From: Rhodosorus marinus CCMP1338
Taxonomy: Eukaryota > Plantae > Rhodophyta
DNA: 64,000 nucleotides
Assembly: GCA_029953675.1 (NCBI GenBank)
Contig: JAMWBK010000009.1
Span: forward strand, 1,240,001-1,304,000
Direction of reading: 5' to 3'
Each line of letters starts with the position of its first letter. The first letter of the stretch is position 1. The notes below the pieces were generated by a model, which was not told where the DNA came from, searched no databases, and saw nothing but the letters and a program-made list of their open reading frames with translations. Of this stretch, positions 22,572 to 36,002 are shown piece by piece. A program made the position numbers and the translations under genes.

Positions 22572-23701
22572 CTATTCGCGGATGTTCAGTTTTGCATGCA
22601 GAAATTTCCCTTGAAAAGCGTCGGGGTCACTCTTGCAGTGTGAACAAAGTACGTCCTGGGCCTACGAACAGCACAGGAGAGGATTAGCTCGCGAGGACAT
22701 TTCTAGTGGATCTTTGCGAAGCAAGCGTACACTGACCGCCTCTGAATCGGGCTGAAATGTATCGGCGCCGCAGTTCGAACATTCCAAAAGCTTCTCCTCA
22801 TGACTTTCACAAAACAGATCACCCCACATGTTATGCACGTACGCCTTCCCGAGAAGTGATCGTCCACATACGCTACAGTTGATCAAGTTTTTCTCCGGAT
22901 CGTGTTCTTCACAGTAGATTTCATCCTCAAAATCGATGTACTGTTCTTCCCGCCCAATCACCCGCGAGCAAGATTTACACTTAAGGCATTTCTCATGCCG
23001 CTTGTTGCCGGAGATGACAACGACTCTCCTGTCAACGAGGGGTTCGCCGCATACCGTACATCTGTCTGCAGTAAGCTTCCTGAAGTCCTTCTTGCACACG
23101 AACTCTCCATTGTGTTCAAAGGCATCGCTTAGGAGGAGAGATGCGCCGCACTCTGTACAACAATAGCAGGATGGGTGAAACGCTATGCCCTTCTCCCCAG
23201 CGCGGACCTAGTGGAGTAGTAGGATAATAAGGTCAGCAAGTATATCATAGACTATAGGGCAGTTTCTTGTTTGCAAACCTTTTCGTCCAAGATTTCTTCG
23301 CCACATGCCGAGCAAACATCCGCGTCTCGTTTTCTATAGTGATCCTCACACAACAGCAATTCCTCAATAAAGTACGCGTTCTCCTCAATAGGGTCGTTCG
23401 TCCCACAAAGGCCGCATACGTAGTGCTCCAAGTGCCATTTTCTTCCAAAGTTTTTTACCATCGTTGAGCCCGAGGAAAAAGCCTGCGAGCAAGCTTCACA
23501 ACGCCCTTCGCCATGCGCGGCCGAGTCATTGGGCATGTTGATCTTTTCACTGTGTACATTCGTTCCACTATTCACAGGCACATCCATATGCGTCCCATTC
23601 TCTCCATTCCCAATGTCCAAATCCGTTGCCTTAGCGCTTCCAAACTCCGCTTTTGAATCTGCCACCGGATCGATGATAGATTTGGAGCCGCAAACCCCCA
23701 T
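22572..23701 (-). CDS. N-acylated multi-LIM protein (3 LIM domains plus a DA1-type LIM-like domain); 3 exons
   Basis: N-terminus MGVCGSK; three C-x2-C...H-x2-C/H-x2-C-x2-C...C-x2-H/D LIM patterns; then CSVC...HNMWGDLFCESHEE...CSNC...LCSHC. In-frame GT-AG introns (DEK|VRAGE; SEA|AQDVLC). Confidence 0.88.
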
Positions 23702-25585
23702 CGTACTCCAATTTCAGGAAGTCCTTATACACTATTCCGACATTTCGTTTCCCAGAACTCTCTCCAAGAACAAACTCACTCTATCCAAGAACTTTTAGGC
23801 GCTAATGTTGTAACAAATAGGCTGTCAAGCCCAACCTGAACCGTCCTCTCGACTCTGAAAAAGTGATGAGAACGCTCAACCGACCCCAACTAACAAGGCC
23901 TCGTTCCAATTTCCCAAACCCTAAAGACTGAAATGCCATCGTTCCCACTAGGACGTTAGCAGGTCGTATTCAAGACGCCTTCCTGTTCTATTGGAATGCG
24001 AAGAGGCGGGGGCAGGACCACGAAGAAAAGCAGCCATGGCCACCCAGAGAGTGTGTTGTCTACAGAACATTGGACCACAATTTTGGAGGTTCCAAAATGT
24101 CCACGCGCTTTCTTTCTTCTCGGCAAGTTGATATCTTCCGAGTGGAGCGATCCATGCAGATTTTGAAGAGGTCGAGGGTCAAGAAGTAATTCGTGTGAGC
24201 CGGGAGTAGTGAAGACGCTGAACACTACGTTCCCCGTTATTGAGAGGTCCTTGTGACCCACCCAGCAGACCAACCACGAACACTACAGCTCGTCGTAGTT
24301 TGGAGTGTTTCAAACATCAGTGATCTCTATTGGGATGTGGAAGGGTAAACAATGTTACGCAGATAGCGAGGATTTCCTGAAAATGCTTCGCTTCTCCGGC
24401 CTCGGTTCGGTTTCGGGAATGGTAAAGGACAACAGAAGCGGTTTCCTCACTATGTGGCCTGAGCGGATACAACAAAACAAGCCGCCGAGTTTCCCAGCCT
24501 CTGCAATCGAAGTCTGACAAAAATCGCAAGCGTCAGGTATAGAAAGAATAGCCAGCTCCGGGACTCACACGCTCTCTTTTGAAGTCAAGGAATCCGACAA
24601 AGTCAAACGGTACCCCATCTTCCTCCTCCCGTGAATTCTATTCCAAGTCGTTTATTCAGATATCACAACCCTGAGAGAAGAAGGAGGCTAGGCTAAAAGC
24701 CAAGAGAGCGAGAACGTCACTTTGGTAAACGTTCTCCGGATACGCCAAACGTCACGCGGCAACCGTCAGCCTATAGTATTCGGCTTCAGGGTGGATAAAA
24801 CGTGCACCAAACTCAAAAAAATTCAACATCGATAGCATTGGTCAAATTCAAAAATATTGATTGATACTCAAATATTTTTCTTAGTTCCCATTATTTATTT
24901 TGTATTACAGAAATAATTAGGTATAATTTTTATTGAGTTGTCCATAAACATTTATTATTGGTAAATATTTTAATGAAATACTAAAATTATTATCGCCAGT
25001 ACTGTTGTTAGCCAATAAAAACTTTCTGAAAACGCGGAAGAGGTATTTGGGGGTCAAAAGTTTTTAAGAAAGGCGTTTTACGTGATGACATCGAGTTCCT
25101 GTCAGTGTGAGCGACGTACAGTGAGACTTGCTCGAGCCCTCCGGATGATGTTACGGTGTACTGTCGAGGCTGCTCACAGACCTGTGAATGCTTTGGATAG
25201 CTACATGTGCACGTGTTGGATCACTGCACAGTGACTGAACATGCGGAAAACCGAGGTTATCCCCCATCTTGTCGTCGTCTGCGGCTTTCGAGGAGACTTT
25301 TTTGGTTGCAAAGATCATATATTTACTGTAGATAGCGATATCCTAGAGTAAATCGCGGAGACGCGAGATTTTCCGACTCTACCACATTCTGCAAGGACCT
25401 ATGAATCATGGTCAATAGAGAACGGCGGTCTGCTATAGCCTAATCTCACATTCCGGAGTGGTCAAGGCCTTGCTCCAGCTGAACGAAGAACGCTGGCCAT
25501 TTTGCACTCTGCGCCCATGAGCCTCCAGAACTTTGTTAATGCAGTTCTTCAGAGAAAAGTTAATTGGTTTGCGTAGGAGCCTCCT

Positions 25586-26017
25586 TTAAATATTTCCGTC
25601 CCCCAGGTGTGCCCTTTTTTCATGGCGGTCCCTTGACTGCTTCCATCTGAATGTCCTCTCGCACCACGGAGACCGACAATGATACGGAGTCTCACCACTG
25701 TGAACTCTTTCATGGGCCTTCAGGTTGAACATTCTCGCGAAAGTTTTCCCGCACTTCCTACACTGGTGTTCTTTTGCCGGAGAGCTCTGCTCTGTTGTGG
25801 TTCCTTCCGAAAGTTCCCTCACCATTGCAATAATATACGCATCGGAAATAGGCATGCAATCGGACGACTCCGTCTTGGCCACATTTTTGAAGTTCAAGTA
25901 TCCCGACGAATCATCCCCACCGAAGCACATCGCGTTCATATCTGAAACAGTAACGACTGTTCGTTTAACCTCTTCCTTCTCGCTCACTCTTAACCTTCTA
26001 CCCTCCGTTCGACCCAA
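25586..26017 (-). CDS. C2H2 zinc-finger protein (2 fingers)
   Basis: HQCRKCGKTFARMFNLKAHERVH-SGETPY-HCRSPWCERTFRWKQSRDRHEKRAH with a canonical linker. Confidence 0.88.
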   Translation of the reverse strand: MGRTEGRRLRVSEKEEVKRTVVTVSDMNAMCFGGDDSSGYLNFKNVAKTESSDCMPISDAYIIAMVRELSEGTTTEQSSPAKEHQCRKCGKTFARMFNLKAHERVHSGETPYHCRSPWCERTFRWKQSRDRHEKRAHLGDGNI

Positions 26018-29000
26018 GCTGATGAGCTACTACGCAGATATATATATATGTCTGTCTAAACGTGTGCCCGTAATTGCAACCTCGGAACCGAACCTGAACT
26101 AATCCTCACAATGCTCCGCATTTTCATCCGAATTCTCACAATACTCTACCCGCAACACTCGCCCGAAAAAGAAAACAAACAGAAGAAGCGAAAACGTTGA
26201 ATGGAAAGCAACACCTTGAACACACTGTCCACAGACTATCAAAGGGGCCAGTCAGTCAGCAGCTGAACGAGAAAACAACTGAACATATAATCGAAGAAAA
26301 AACAATATGTCGGCGAGGCCTTCAAAAACACTTGGATTCAACTGTTCTACAAACCCGCTTTTATTGAAAATTTATACATAGACTTATCGGTGCCAAATCG
26401 AAGAAAAATTCAATTGTTCTTCGATTGACACTATACACACCGCTGGAAAGGATGACTGTTAGTACCCCCTTTTGTTATTGAATTTTCACGGTCATCTGAA
26501 AAGGAACAATATATTCAACCCTTCTTATTTCAATTTTCATATAAATATACAAATATAAATGATAACTACAAAGGTTAAAAATTCAAGGATTTCAGCTACA
26601 CGAAAATTATATTATAATTTCAAGTATTGGGATGTGAGGATATACCAAAATTTAGCCCTCCCAGATTAAAGTGAAAATTGGTTTTTATTCTGGAATGAGA
26701 GCAAGGGGGGTAACACGAGTTTGAGTTGATTCAACATTGTAGGAGTTTTATTTCTATATTTCATTGCTGATTACGTTAATGTGTTCATGGGATGGGTAAA
26801 TGGAAGTCGCAGATTCTTTCCTTGCGCATAAGCGATGAAATTCTATTGTTTCGACTGTAGTGCGTGGGGCATGGTTTTATGACTTGCCGGTCTTCTGTGG
26901 ATTGCCTGCGAAGACTGGGTTGAATTAAGGGCGCTAGTGTAAGACTGCCAATCAAGCGGTTGAGGTTTGGCTTTTTTTTTTTGTTCCTATTGATTCAAAA
27001 CAGGTAACCATTAGCTGTTGGTCAGACCAATTTCAACACACCGTACGGCTTCTCTTTCCCTGAAAATAGCCGAGACCAGCTTTCCTGGAGAACCACCTTG
27101 TTAGGCTCTATTTTTCCAGATTTGCCGAGCATTGGGGCAGCTAACTGGTGAATAGTTTGTTACGTCCGATGGTGGAATACAATTTTCTCCCCGCCCACGC
27201 TGATTTTGGGCGGAAGGTGCGCAAGAAACCCAATCAGAAACGGTCTTTGTGTATGCCCATCCGTCCAGTTCAGAGGGCCCTTGGTGAGGTAACCGTAGCC
27301 ATGACTGCGCCACATAGTTCTTATAGATGAATCTATTCTTGGCTAGCCACTATGGGATCACCGTCATCTCTGGCCGCATCGTCGATCAAAGAACAATCCA
27401 CGAACGCTCTACTTATCCATTGGCTCAGATGTTCATACGTGCATGGAGACCTGCAAGCAAGCGTCCTAGTACTGGTCTGCAAACCCTCGAACGAGCGACT
27501 ATAGATATCCTTTCTCTGCACCGGGGCAGAGCGCTAACTCTCGTTTTGCCCATCTTCAAAGCATTAGTTTCAACATAAAATGCTCTCCAACCACGAAATA
27601 GCAGACTCCGAATACGATTTCACAAAAGACTGTCAATGCTCCGCCACAGACCACCAGGTCTTTGCGGGGTGGACGCACCACATGGAGCTTGCTCACAAGC
27701 ATGGTTCCCCTCCTAAAACTCAATGATTTTGGTGTGTTTTTTTGTTCACTAGCTCAATTCCACAGGGTGCTGAAATCTTTCAGCATCTTCAGAATGCTTC
27801 GATAGCTCGCTATACAAGTATGTCTGTCAGTGGTTCCTCTTCACAACTCGCTCATTGCGTTGCTTTTTCACTCAAACACACCAAGATAAAAAAGTACTAC
27901 AAAACTCCTAACCCTCCTTAAAATACCAGAAAAATGGAAATGACGGTGCTCGTCCACCGACCGAGACAAATGCTGTGAACTAAAATTCTAGGAAAATGCA
28001 AAAACCTACATAGGAGCTAATTTTATTTTCAAAAAACAGGAACAAGGAGGATTTCTTCGCGACACCCAATTTGGGCCTTGCGAATCAATCTGTTTATTAT
28101 CAAAAGAAAAATGGGTCTGTTGTGCAAGAAACGTTGTTTAGCAGTGGTTTTCGATACTCTAGTTGGGGTCGGCACCACCACCTCACCTGTTCCAGGAGGA
28201 TGGGTGAAGCGGAAACTGCTGTGTTTTGGTAGTGTTTTTTTTTATGTGTTTTTATGTGGGTCGCCAGAAATCGCACAGCAACGTCGAAAACGCTTATCGG
28301 TTCAGTTTTCGAGTTTATTTTTTTTTATTTTACTCCACTCTGGTTGGGCCCGCGGGTTTTGGGGACGGAGGTACGGGTTCCTATGGGAGATGGGTTAGGT
28401 CACATTCCCACGCTTTGCTTGCAAAAAAAAACCTTTATTCTTTGATTAAAAAACTCAGCTCCTTGATTGCATGTGGACTCAACTCGTTGATTGCACGTGG
28501 AACAGTGTAGTGACGAAGAGACTGGGCTTTCGCATGGGTAGATCGGTGAAAACTTTCGATTCAGCTCAAAGAAAGACAGTCTTCGGAATTGTAAAACATC
28601 CGTCTCCAGTTTCAGAGTTCATGATGCAGTGTTTTCCTGAGAGCGGACTCCTCCACGTGAAGTTCCGAACCTTTTCCTGACAGCGGGGAGAGCCGGCTTT
28701 TGCTGAACTTTCTGAAATCAACGTGCACAGTGGTGTAACACTACACAGAAGTGTTTTTAATTGGTACGGGATGCAAATCAGCGAATAATGCTGACCGCTT
28801 AAAACTTTGCAACAGCCAGAGAGTAAAAACAAGAAGAGCAAAGCTATTCCGCAATTGTTGTGGAGCTCATGAATCCCATGAAATCCGACTGTTGCCAACA
28901 TCCTTTCCGCGGAGCAACGCCAAAAAAAACCAGCATACTCTTTGCCGTCATCAGGACATTAATGATGTTTGTTCAATAGAGCGCTGAAGCATGAGACACG

Positions 29001-29577
29001 TGATCCAATCCATCTCGGTTTTCTTAAGGCGTGCATTCTGGCCCGGGAGGCGTTTCCCACCCGAGGTAGTTAATGGGTGGGCGGTTGTGCTTTCGATCGA
29101 TGCCTAGCTTCCTAAAAACCGTTCTCCGTCTCTGTCATTCGTGCTTTTTCCGAAGCGCTAACCGATTCGGATCACAGCTGCAGCACCCGAGTCCTTTCAA
29201 CTTTGGAATTTCCAAGCTTGTGACCAGAAAGCGATCTGCCCGTTTTGCGAAGAAGCAAGTACTGCGTCGGCCTTTTCGTTCGAGCTCTTTACTGCACAGT
29301 AGTTCAACTCACGTAGTAATAATCGAAGACATGTGGTGCACTGCCAGGATATGAAATAGTAAGGGTCTTAAAGGGGATTTCTGTTTGATTTACAAAGGTA
29401 TTTTCTACTAGGAAAAAATTCAGATTGAGAAACTTCTCCTCTAGTCAGAAATAATTCACAGAAACTTCTCCTCAGCAGAGAACTATTTCAACATCGCAAA
29501 TCTTACACGTTTACTATGTCGTCCGGCCTCCTCTACACACACAAGAAATTAAGTTACGGAAGTCATCCTCGCTCGTA

Positions 29578-30291
29578 CTATGATCTCCATCTGTCTCCCT
29601 CTTCAAGGACGATTCTATCGAGCGTTGCAGAATCCTCAGCTCCCCCATTGCCTTGAGTATTTGCTTCCAGTCGGTTGGTTAGACCGGTAGCCTCAGAGAT
29701 GTCATCCTGAGATAAATCAAAGCTCAAAAGACTCTGGAAGGACGAGTCTTCAACGTGCTCGTTCATGAAATTCTCAAAGCTAGATACGGTCACGAGGGGA
29801 GTGTCTAGAGGTGTACAGCGCGGAGATTCGGCGAAGGATTCACTCCTCCCCGAACCAGAAGCAGAACCTGATCCTGAACCTGAACCAGTCAGATTGTCTT
29901 TTCGTGAAAAATGCCCGCTGAATGAGGAGTTTCTTTGGAAGGGTCGCTCCTCCAATCGATCAGCATACTTCGCACTTGCTTGCTTCCCATCTGTCTCGCC
30001 CGTATGGCTTCTTTGATGATGCACCAAGGAAGATTTCCACTTAAACCTCATCTTACATCCCGGTCTCTCACAAGTGTAGGGCGCTTCTCCAGTATGCATT
30101 CGCATATGCACGCTAAGATTGTACTTTCTAGTGCACTCTTTCCCGCAACCTTCCCAAGTACATCTGTATTTGTTTGTTTGCTTCAGAGCGGTGGGCACAT
30201 CGGTCAGGTTCTTTGCCTTGGAAGTCGACAGGCTAGTTGGCATTTCAGCCAAGTTCAGCTCCTTCTTGGTATTGTTGTTATTCCAAGACAT
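29578..30291 (-). CDS. C2H2 zinc-finger protein (2 fingers) with acidic Ser-rich C-terminus
   Basis: YRCTWEGCGKECTRKYNLSVHMRMH-TGEAPY-TCERPGCKMRFKWKSSLVHHQRSHTGE. Confidence 0.92.
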   Translation of the reverse strand: MSWNNNNTKKELNLAEMPTSLSTSKAKNLTDVPTALKQTNKYRCTWEGCGKECTRKYNLSVHMRMHTGEAPYTCERPGCKMRFKWKSSLVHHQRSHTGETDGKQASAKYADRLEERPFQRNSSFSGHFSRKDNLTGSGSGSGSASGSGRSESFAESPRCTPLDTPLVTVSSFENFMNEHVEDSSFQSLLSFDLSQDDISEATGLTNRLEANTQGNGGAEDSATLDRIVLEEGDRWRS

Positions 30292-33200
30292 ATTCTACAG
30301 TTATTGCTCTTCCTCGCTTACAACCACGAATCTAGCCAACGCTCACCGAAACAACTCGGCTCGCTCCCTCCTGCACACACAAAATCTCTAGATTTGCGTG
30401 CAGCACGAGGTAGCATTGCCGCCCCCCATCGCCACGCCCCACTGCCACCACGCTGCAGCTCCCCTCCGCAGACTATACCCTTCCCCTAATGACCTGATAC
30501 CTTTTACCTATACCCATCCACATATGAAGCTGCGCGCCACTCACCTCCCGTATTCCGCGTTGCCGTGCCCTCTGCAGCACAACTCACTCTAGCTAAAAAA
30601 ACTCACAACATTGTTCTCAAATAAGATGTTTTTTATATATTATATAGAACGGCCCCTTTTTGATCCCAGAAAAACCCCTAATCTTACCAAAATCCATAAA
30701 TCAATTTTTGAAACTTTATAGCAGGTCTAAGATCGCCCACCAATGGTAGCCAACACCCGCCCCCCCCTTCCCCGTTCAACTTTCGTAAGCATTTGTAAAA
30801 AAACCATGTCCGTCCCCCCCGTCCTACCATATTCTTCTCACCTCCAATCGAAGTGCCCAGGGTTGAGAATAGGGCCGAAATTTTCTGTGTTTTAAGTATT
30901 CGCGGGTTATTGAACCCCCGGCTAAGATAACCTTTTGGAGGTTAGCGTATAGCAACCGTTGCCTAGGTTGTTTTCGAACGCCCAACCCCCCACCCTTCCC
31001 CCCGGGAAAACAGCCTATTTCCCCTAAATAATAAAAACACTTTATCGCACAGCGTTACAAAAAGAAGAAAAAAATGGATACGTGAATTTCATATTGATGA
31101 AATATTTTTGAATATACAATGCACCTGACAAATTCGCTTAGTTTGTTGTTTTTTATAGAACCAATCTTAAAATCCAGTGACTCGCTTACGAAAATTATGT
31201 TCCGCGTTACCCACCCCATTCGGGGAATGAATTTATCGATAATTCTGCGTTCTGAGTCTGTTTTCGAATATGCACAGCTTCCAGCGATGTTTTATCTAAG
31301 GGGGTCGCGAGACTATTTTTTGGATCACTGCTATTTTGCAAAGAAACACATCAGTCAGAAACACAGCTTGTTGTTAATTGGCTTGAAGATCTTGTTTCAT
31401 AATAAATAATCGATATAGAGGACGAAATTTTTATATAATACCTTTTCCTTGCTCATCCGATTTCACTAGGCAAATTTAGCCGAGCAAAAGCAGTATACAG
31501 CAACGCTTGACAGACTCTAGGAGAGCGGGGCGATTTCGTTTGTGAGAGCCAAGCGTCCAAAACGGGCGCGGGAGAAGGGGCAGTTGTCTGGGAATGAAAA
31601 TCCTTCGTCTTGCGTTAAAATGAGGATCGCTTTTTTGGTATTTAGATAAAAATGTAATCGTCTACGGAAAGCGGAACGGTATTCGTCAGATTGCCCAGTC
31701 ATGGATAAGAAGGGAATAAATATGAAAGTGCTTCTCTATATTTACCCACCCCCCGTGGCAAACAATACAAAAGTTCAACTTATATTCATAATTTTGCAAA
31801 CATATCCCTGCTTTAGAGCAGCTGATAGAACTTTCTGCGCGATGGCTTTCCAGTTGTAGGAGGGGGGGGGGAGAACATGTATTCTGGATTTCTGCGTGAG
31901 TTATCGGAAACGGAAATTGAGCGGTACGAGTCATGCCGCCCCCTCGGATTTTAAACACTTTCGTTCGCAGAAAAAAATCGTTTCGATTGGACTCGAATTC
32001 AAGGATTTGAGCTCTCGTTTTGGCTTCCAAAGGGGGGGAGGAATAGAGCGCCAAAAAGGGTTTTCATTAAATTCAAGAATGAAGAACTGGACTTTGTAAA
32101 CGGCACGTGATCTCCCCCCCCCCCCGGCCGGTCTTTCCATTCTCGGGGGTTTTGGTACACAACTGGATTTTGGGGGTTTCATGTTTGTCTTTTCTCACAA
32201 AACGGTCGCATTTTCATTTTATTTATGTTGGTCTCGGGCTCGAATTCAAACGTCAGTGATTGTTCTTGAGACCCACGAATCCGTTTGCGGCTGCTTAACT
32301 TAGAGTGCTGTTCCTAAAACTACTCTTTTTTCGTTTGCTGACAAGCTCTTTCGGTATCGTTTGAAGCGAGCACGACCATGAGAAAATCCGGAGAGGTCCT
32401 AGTTTTTGTATATTAACGCAGGTCTGGAGAAAGTAGGCTTCGATAAAAAGCTACTACCTTAAAAAGACGCAGTTCTTTCATATTGCGTTTGGGGGTCTGA
32501 GGCGGTGTTCCAAGGTCGAAAGGTTCTCCAATTTGCTGGTTGAAAGCTTTCGCGTGGGAAGCATATCCGTTCTCGAAAAGCTTTGGATGGCGGAACTGTT
32601 CGTTTTGGAACAACTCTCGCACCTCTTATTTGCTCAGGGGTTTGCACTAGGCCCGTTGGGTGGTAGGTGGTAATTGATTCAACTCTAGCACGGGTCACCG
32701 AAAACCGTTCAGAACAGTTCCATGATGGGCAAAGTCAGTGGTCCAGCCCATCGATCTTCCAACCCGAAGTTGGGAGCTGTGTGGATCTATAAGTGTTCAA
32801 CGTCTGCATGCACGGAGTCGATGTAAACGTTCTTCACCAGGAGGAAATAGAGGCTGCTCGAAAAGTGGCTTTTTTTCGAAATCAAGTCTTTTAATTTGAC
32901 TTCTGGTGGGGTCCTGTCGACTACGTTAAAGTGAGCTGGAGGAGTCGCGTCAAAAAAATGAATCCCGTGGATAAGAAGAGTCCAGGCTCTCAATTCCGAT
33001 TTCACCGGGGACGGTTCATCGAGGTCTCCTTGGCACGAACCCAGGTTCGTGTCATCGGCGGGTCTTGATGCTCTGCAGACACTGTCCCTTTCTCGCTGGT
33101 CAAGTACCAATGACCACATCGAACGGAGCACTGCATTGGCAGTCGGAAGGAAAGTGCAGTTATCAGAGACATAAGCTCGTTCGCTTGGTTTCAGGCTAGA

Positions 33201-36002
33201 CTTCTTCCCCTCAGGATGGTTGACTCTCATCATCAAGGATATCAAAGAGTTCTCAGAGCCGTTCATCAACTGCTTATGTCATGTTCGTCCATGCTATCCA
33301 TTATCATGTTTCTTGAAGATTTCAGGTCCTGGATTCAGTTTAGTGATCACGACCGAAACTAAGTCTGTTCTCCCCAGCAATCGTACAGAAAGCTGTGAAT
33401 CCACTCCCTCGATTTCATCCTGAAAATGTGAAAGCTTCGAAAATACCCCCAAAATATTTAGCCATTCAAATATCTAATCGACCAGTTATGCACCCCGGAC
33501 TAAATTTCAAATGGACGCGAGCGTAAAAATGAGAAAAATATACCATACCATATAATATCTTCTCCGCCTGAATTTCCGCCCCATTCACCTCTGCCGCAAA
33601 AATTCATCTAAAAGTATCTGTATACCCAGACATGCTCCACGTTACCATCCATGATTGTTTAGTATTTTTAAATAGAATCCTGTCAACCGCTTTGGCTTTT
33701 CCTTGGATTCTACACTAGCCAATTGCTATGCAAAAGTGTTTATGCTTGAACACACTTCGCAACTTCAGGTAAGAAACTACCTCGCTTACGTGTTTTAACA
33801 AATTCCCCCCCGCCTCTTCCTCCGCCACTACTTCTCTTTTTTAAAACTTCTTTTGAATGTAAATCAAAGCGGCCAGAATCGGTGAGATATTGAAAGTTGG
33901 TTTGGTACGTTTGGGGTTCGCTTTGAGAAGGTCCAAAAGTGGGGGTTTTGTTGTCCACAGTTGTGGAAATTTTGAAGGCCACAAAAAACACGCTTTTCAT
34001 ATGCTCAACTACTGACTTTTTATCTACAATTTCTTATGGAAACCATTTTAGCTTACAAATCCGACGGTTTGATTGGCCTGGAAAAGGCCAGGAATTAGAA
34101 ATGAATCTAGTGGACTTCTTTAGCTCATAAAAAACAACGAAAAAATGCGGAACGGCTACTTGGTTTTCTCCTCTGACAGCCCTTTTGTTTTGGTGGTCAG
34201 TTTGGAATAAGGAAGCACTTCTAGATTAAATTCACTCTACGTTGTATTCTGCGAAAGTTAGATTGCAGGAGTAGCAAAATCGACACTACTACGTCTTTCA
34301 TCCTGTTGGATCTGATCAAGGAATCTATGGACCAAATTATTTTAAATATTTGATAATCTTCTATTTTTATATTGTTAGTTATTTCAATCTACGACCTTTT
34401 TCATTCAATTAGATATGCATACAAACCACTAAAGAACGATATTAGTGTAAAAATGCCATCCACTTTTAGGTAGAAATGGTACTAGTAATGGATGTCACTA
34501 GGTAGTTAAGAACAGGTTCCTCTGGCTTTGAACAACCAAAGCCCATACGGTCTTTCAACAAATGTTTATAAAAACCAATACTTAAACTTTAAAAGCAATT
34601 CATAGAGGCGTCTCCAATCGACTTGAGCGGATATGATCCTGACAAAGATATCCGGCTCTTTCGTTTTGTCGACAAAATTTCAATTTCTACGGTTGGACTG
34701 CCCTTTTTGCATGGTGCGACACTGGAATTAATATCAAATTGACTAATAGTCAATTTGATGGAAAATAATGATTGTTTAGGGTTGTTTGGATTGATCGGAC
34801 ATTTCAATTGCTTTTCGATGTGGTTGACAGCGATTGATGTGTAAGAAGGGAATCTGGAAGGGCCCCCTGTCGCAACTGCAGATTTTTGATGTCCTGCCCG
34901 TGAAGGAATTGAATTGGAAGGCAGCATGTGATCTGGTGATAAAGCAGAGCGAAACCGAAAGGGACCGTGCGCTTTGGCGGCGAGATTGGTCAGCTTTCTC
35001 CTTGTTCGAATGACCTTCCCAACAAGACGTGTCCACAGACTTAACTGGAGTAAGGCCCAGGACTGATTTGCTTCTTGGCCAGGGGTTTGAGGAGAAAACC
35101 CGTCGAAGAGGATGATGGACTACGCGTGAACTGCAAGGGTTGAAGGAGTTAGGTTTTTTGGGCTGGTGAATGTTCACACGGGACGGCGATTTAGTAAAGA
35201 TCAAGCTGCGCGCTGGGGTTGGTTGATTCTCGTGATCATGGACGAGGATGATACTCTGGTTGTCTCTTCTGTTGGACAGCAGGTGATCTCCTCTGCTTGG
35301 CTATCCCAGTTTCCCTTTAAGTCCTACTTTGCATACCTCATTCGCCTCAGAAGTCCTCCTCAACGCTGATGCAATTGGCTTCTTCCAGCCGCAAACTGGT
35401 GCATTTCCTTCCCACACTGGATTCTGACCATCTTTTCGTTTCCCTCGGCGAATTTTTCCCACCCTCCAAAATGTGCCAGTACTAGTAGCCTAGTACAGCC
35501 CAGCCCCCCCCGTCAGCCGTGTTCACCCCATCCAGAAGAAAAGTTAAAGGCAACCTTTTCGTGTCGGTTCAGCCGGGCAATCCGTCGAGTTGCCCGAAAC
35601 TTGAAGCGGCTCCAAGTACTGCAATCGTCGACGATGTGACCTTACGGAAGTTTGCTTCGCCGCGATCTGAGCACAGCTTGCTCCTTTCTAACGCATGTGA
35701 ACGGAAGTTTCCAACCGCGACTTTTTTACCAAATGTCATTTGCGACAAAGCCGAAGACGCTGACTTTCACATAAGGTGCAGTACTTCGTTTAGATGCTTG
35801 TCTAGAGGGGTGACGGCGACTATCAAAAGCCAAGAAATGCATGATCGGGTAGGTTTTCCAATACCCAAAGCCTAGAAAAGGACGGTCGTCATCATCCATA
35901 CTAATACATACCTGTGAATGTATAGCTTCAAGGAGATCCGGAGGATGGATCGATGTATGCTGAAACTCTTCCGTAAGTGATTCGGACGCGTACGTTCACA
36001 AG

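Noticed and set aside
25082-25238. Box C/D snoRNA candidate (GTGATGA ... CTGA)
   Set aside because: No terminal stem and no recognisable rRNA-complementary guide; the motifs are short enough to occur by chance.
27300-27450. DDE transposase-like motif (VLIDES)
   Set aside because: Only a six-residue resemblance in a stop-interrupted frame; no other catalytic motifs or terminal repeats.
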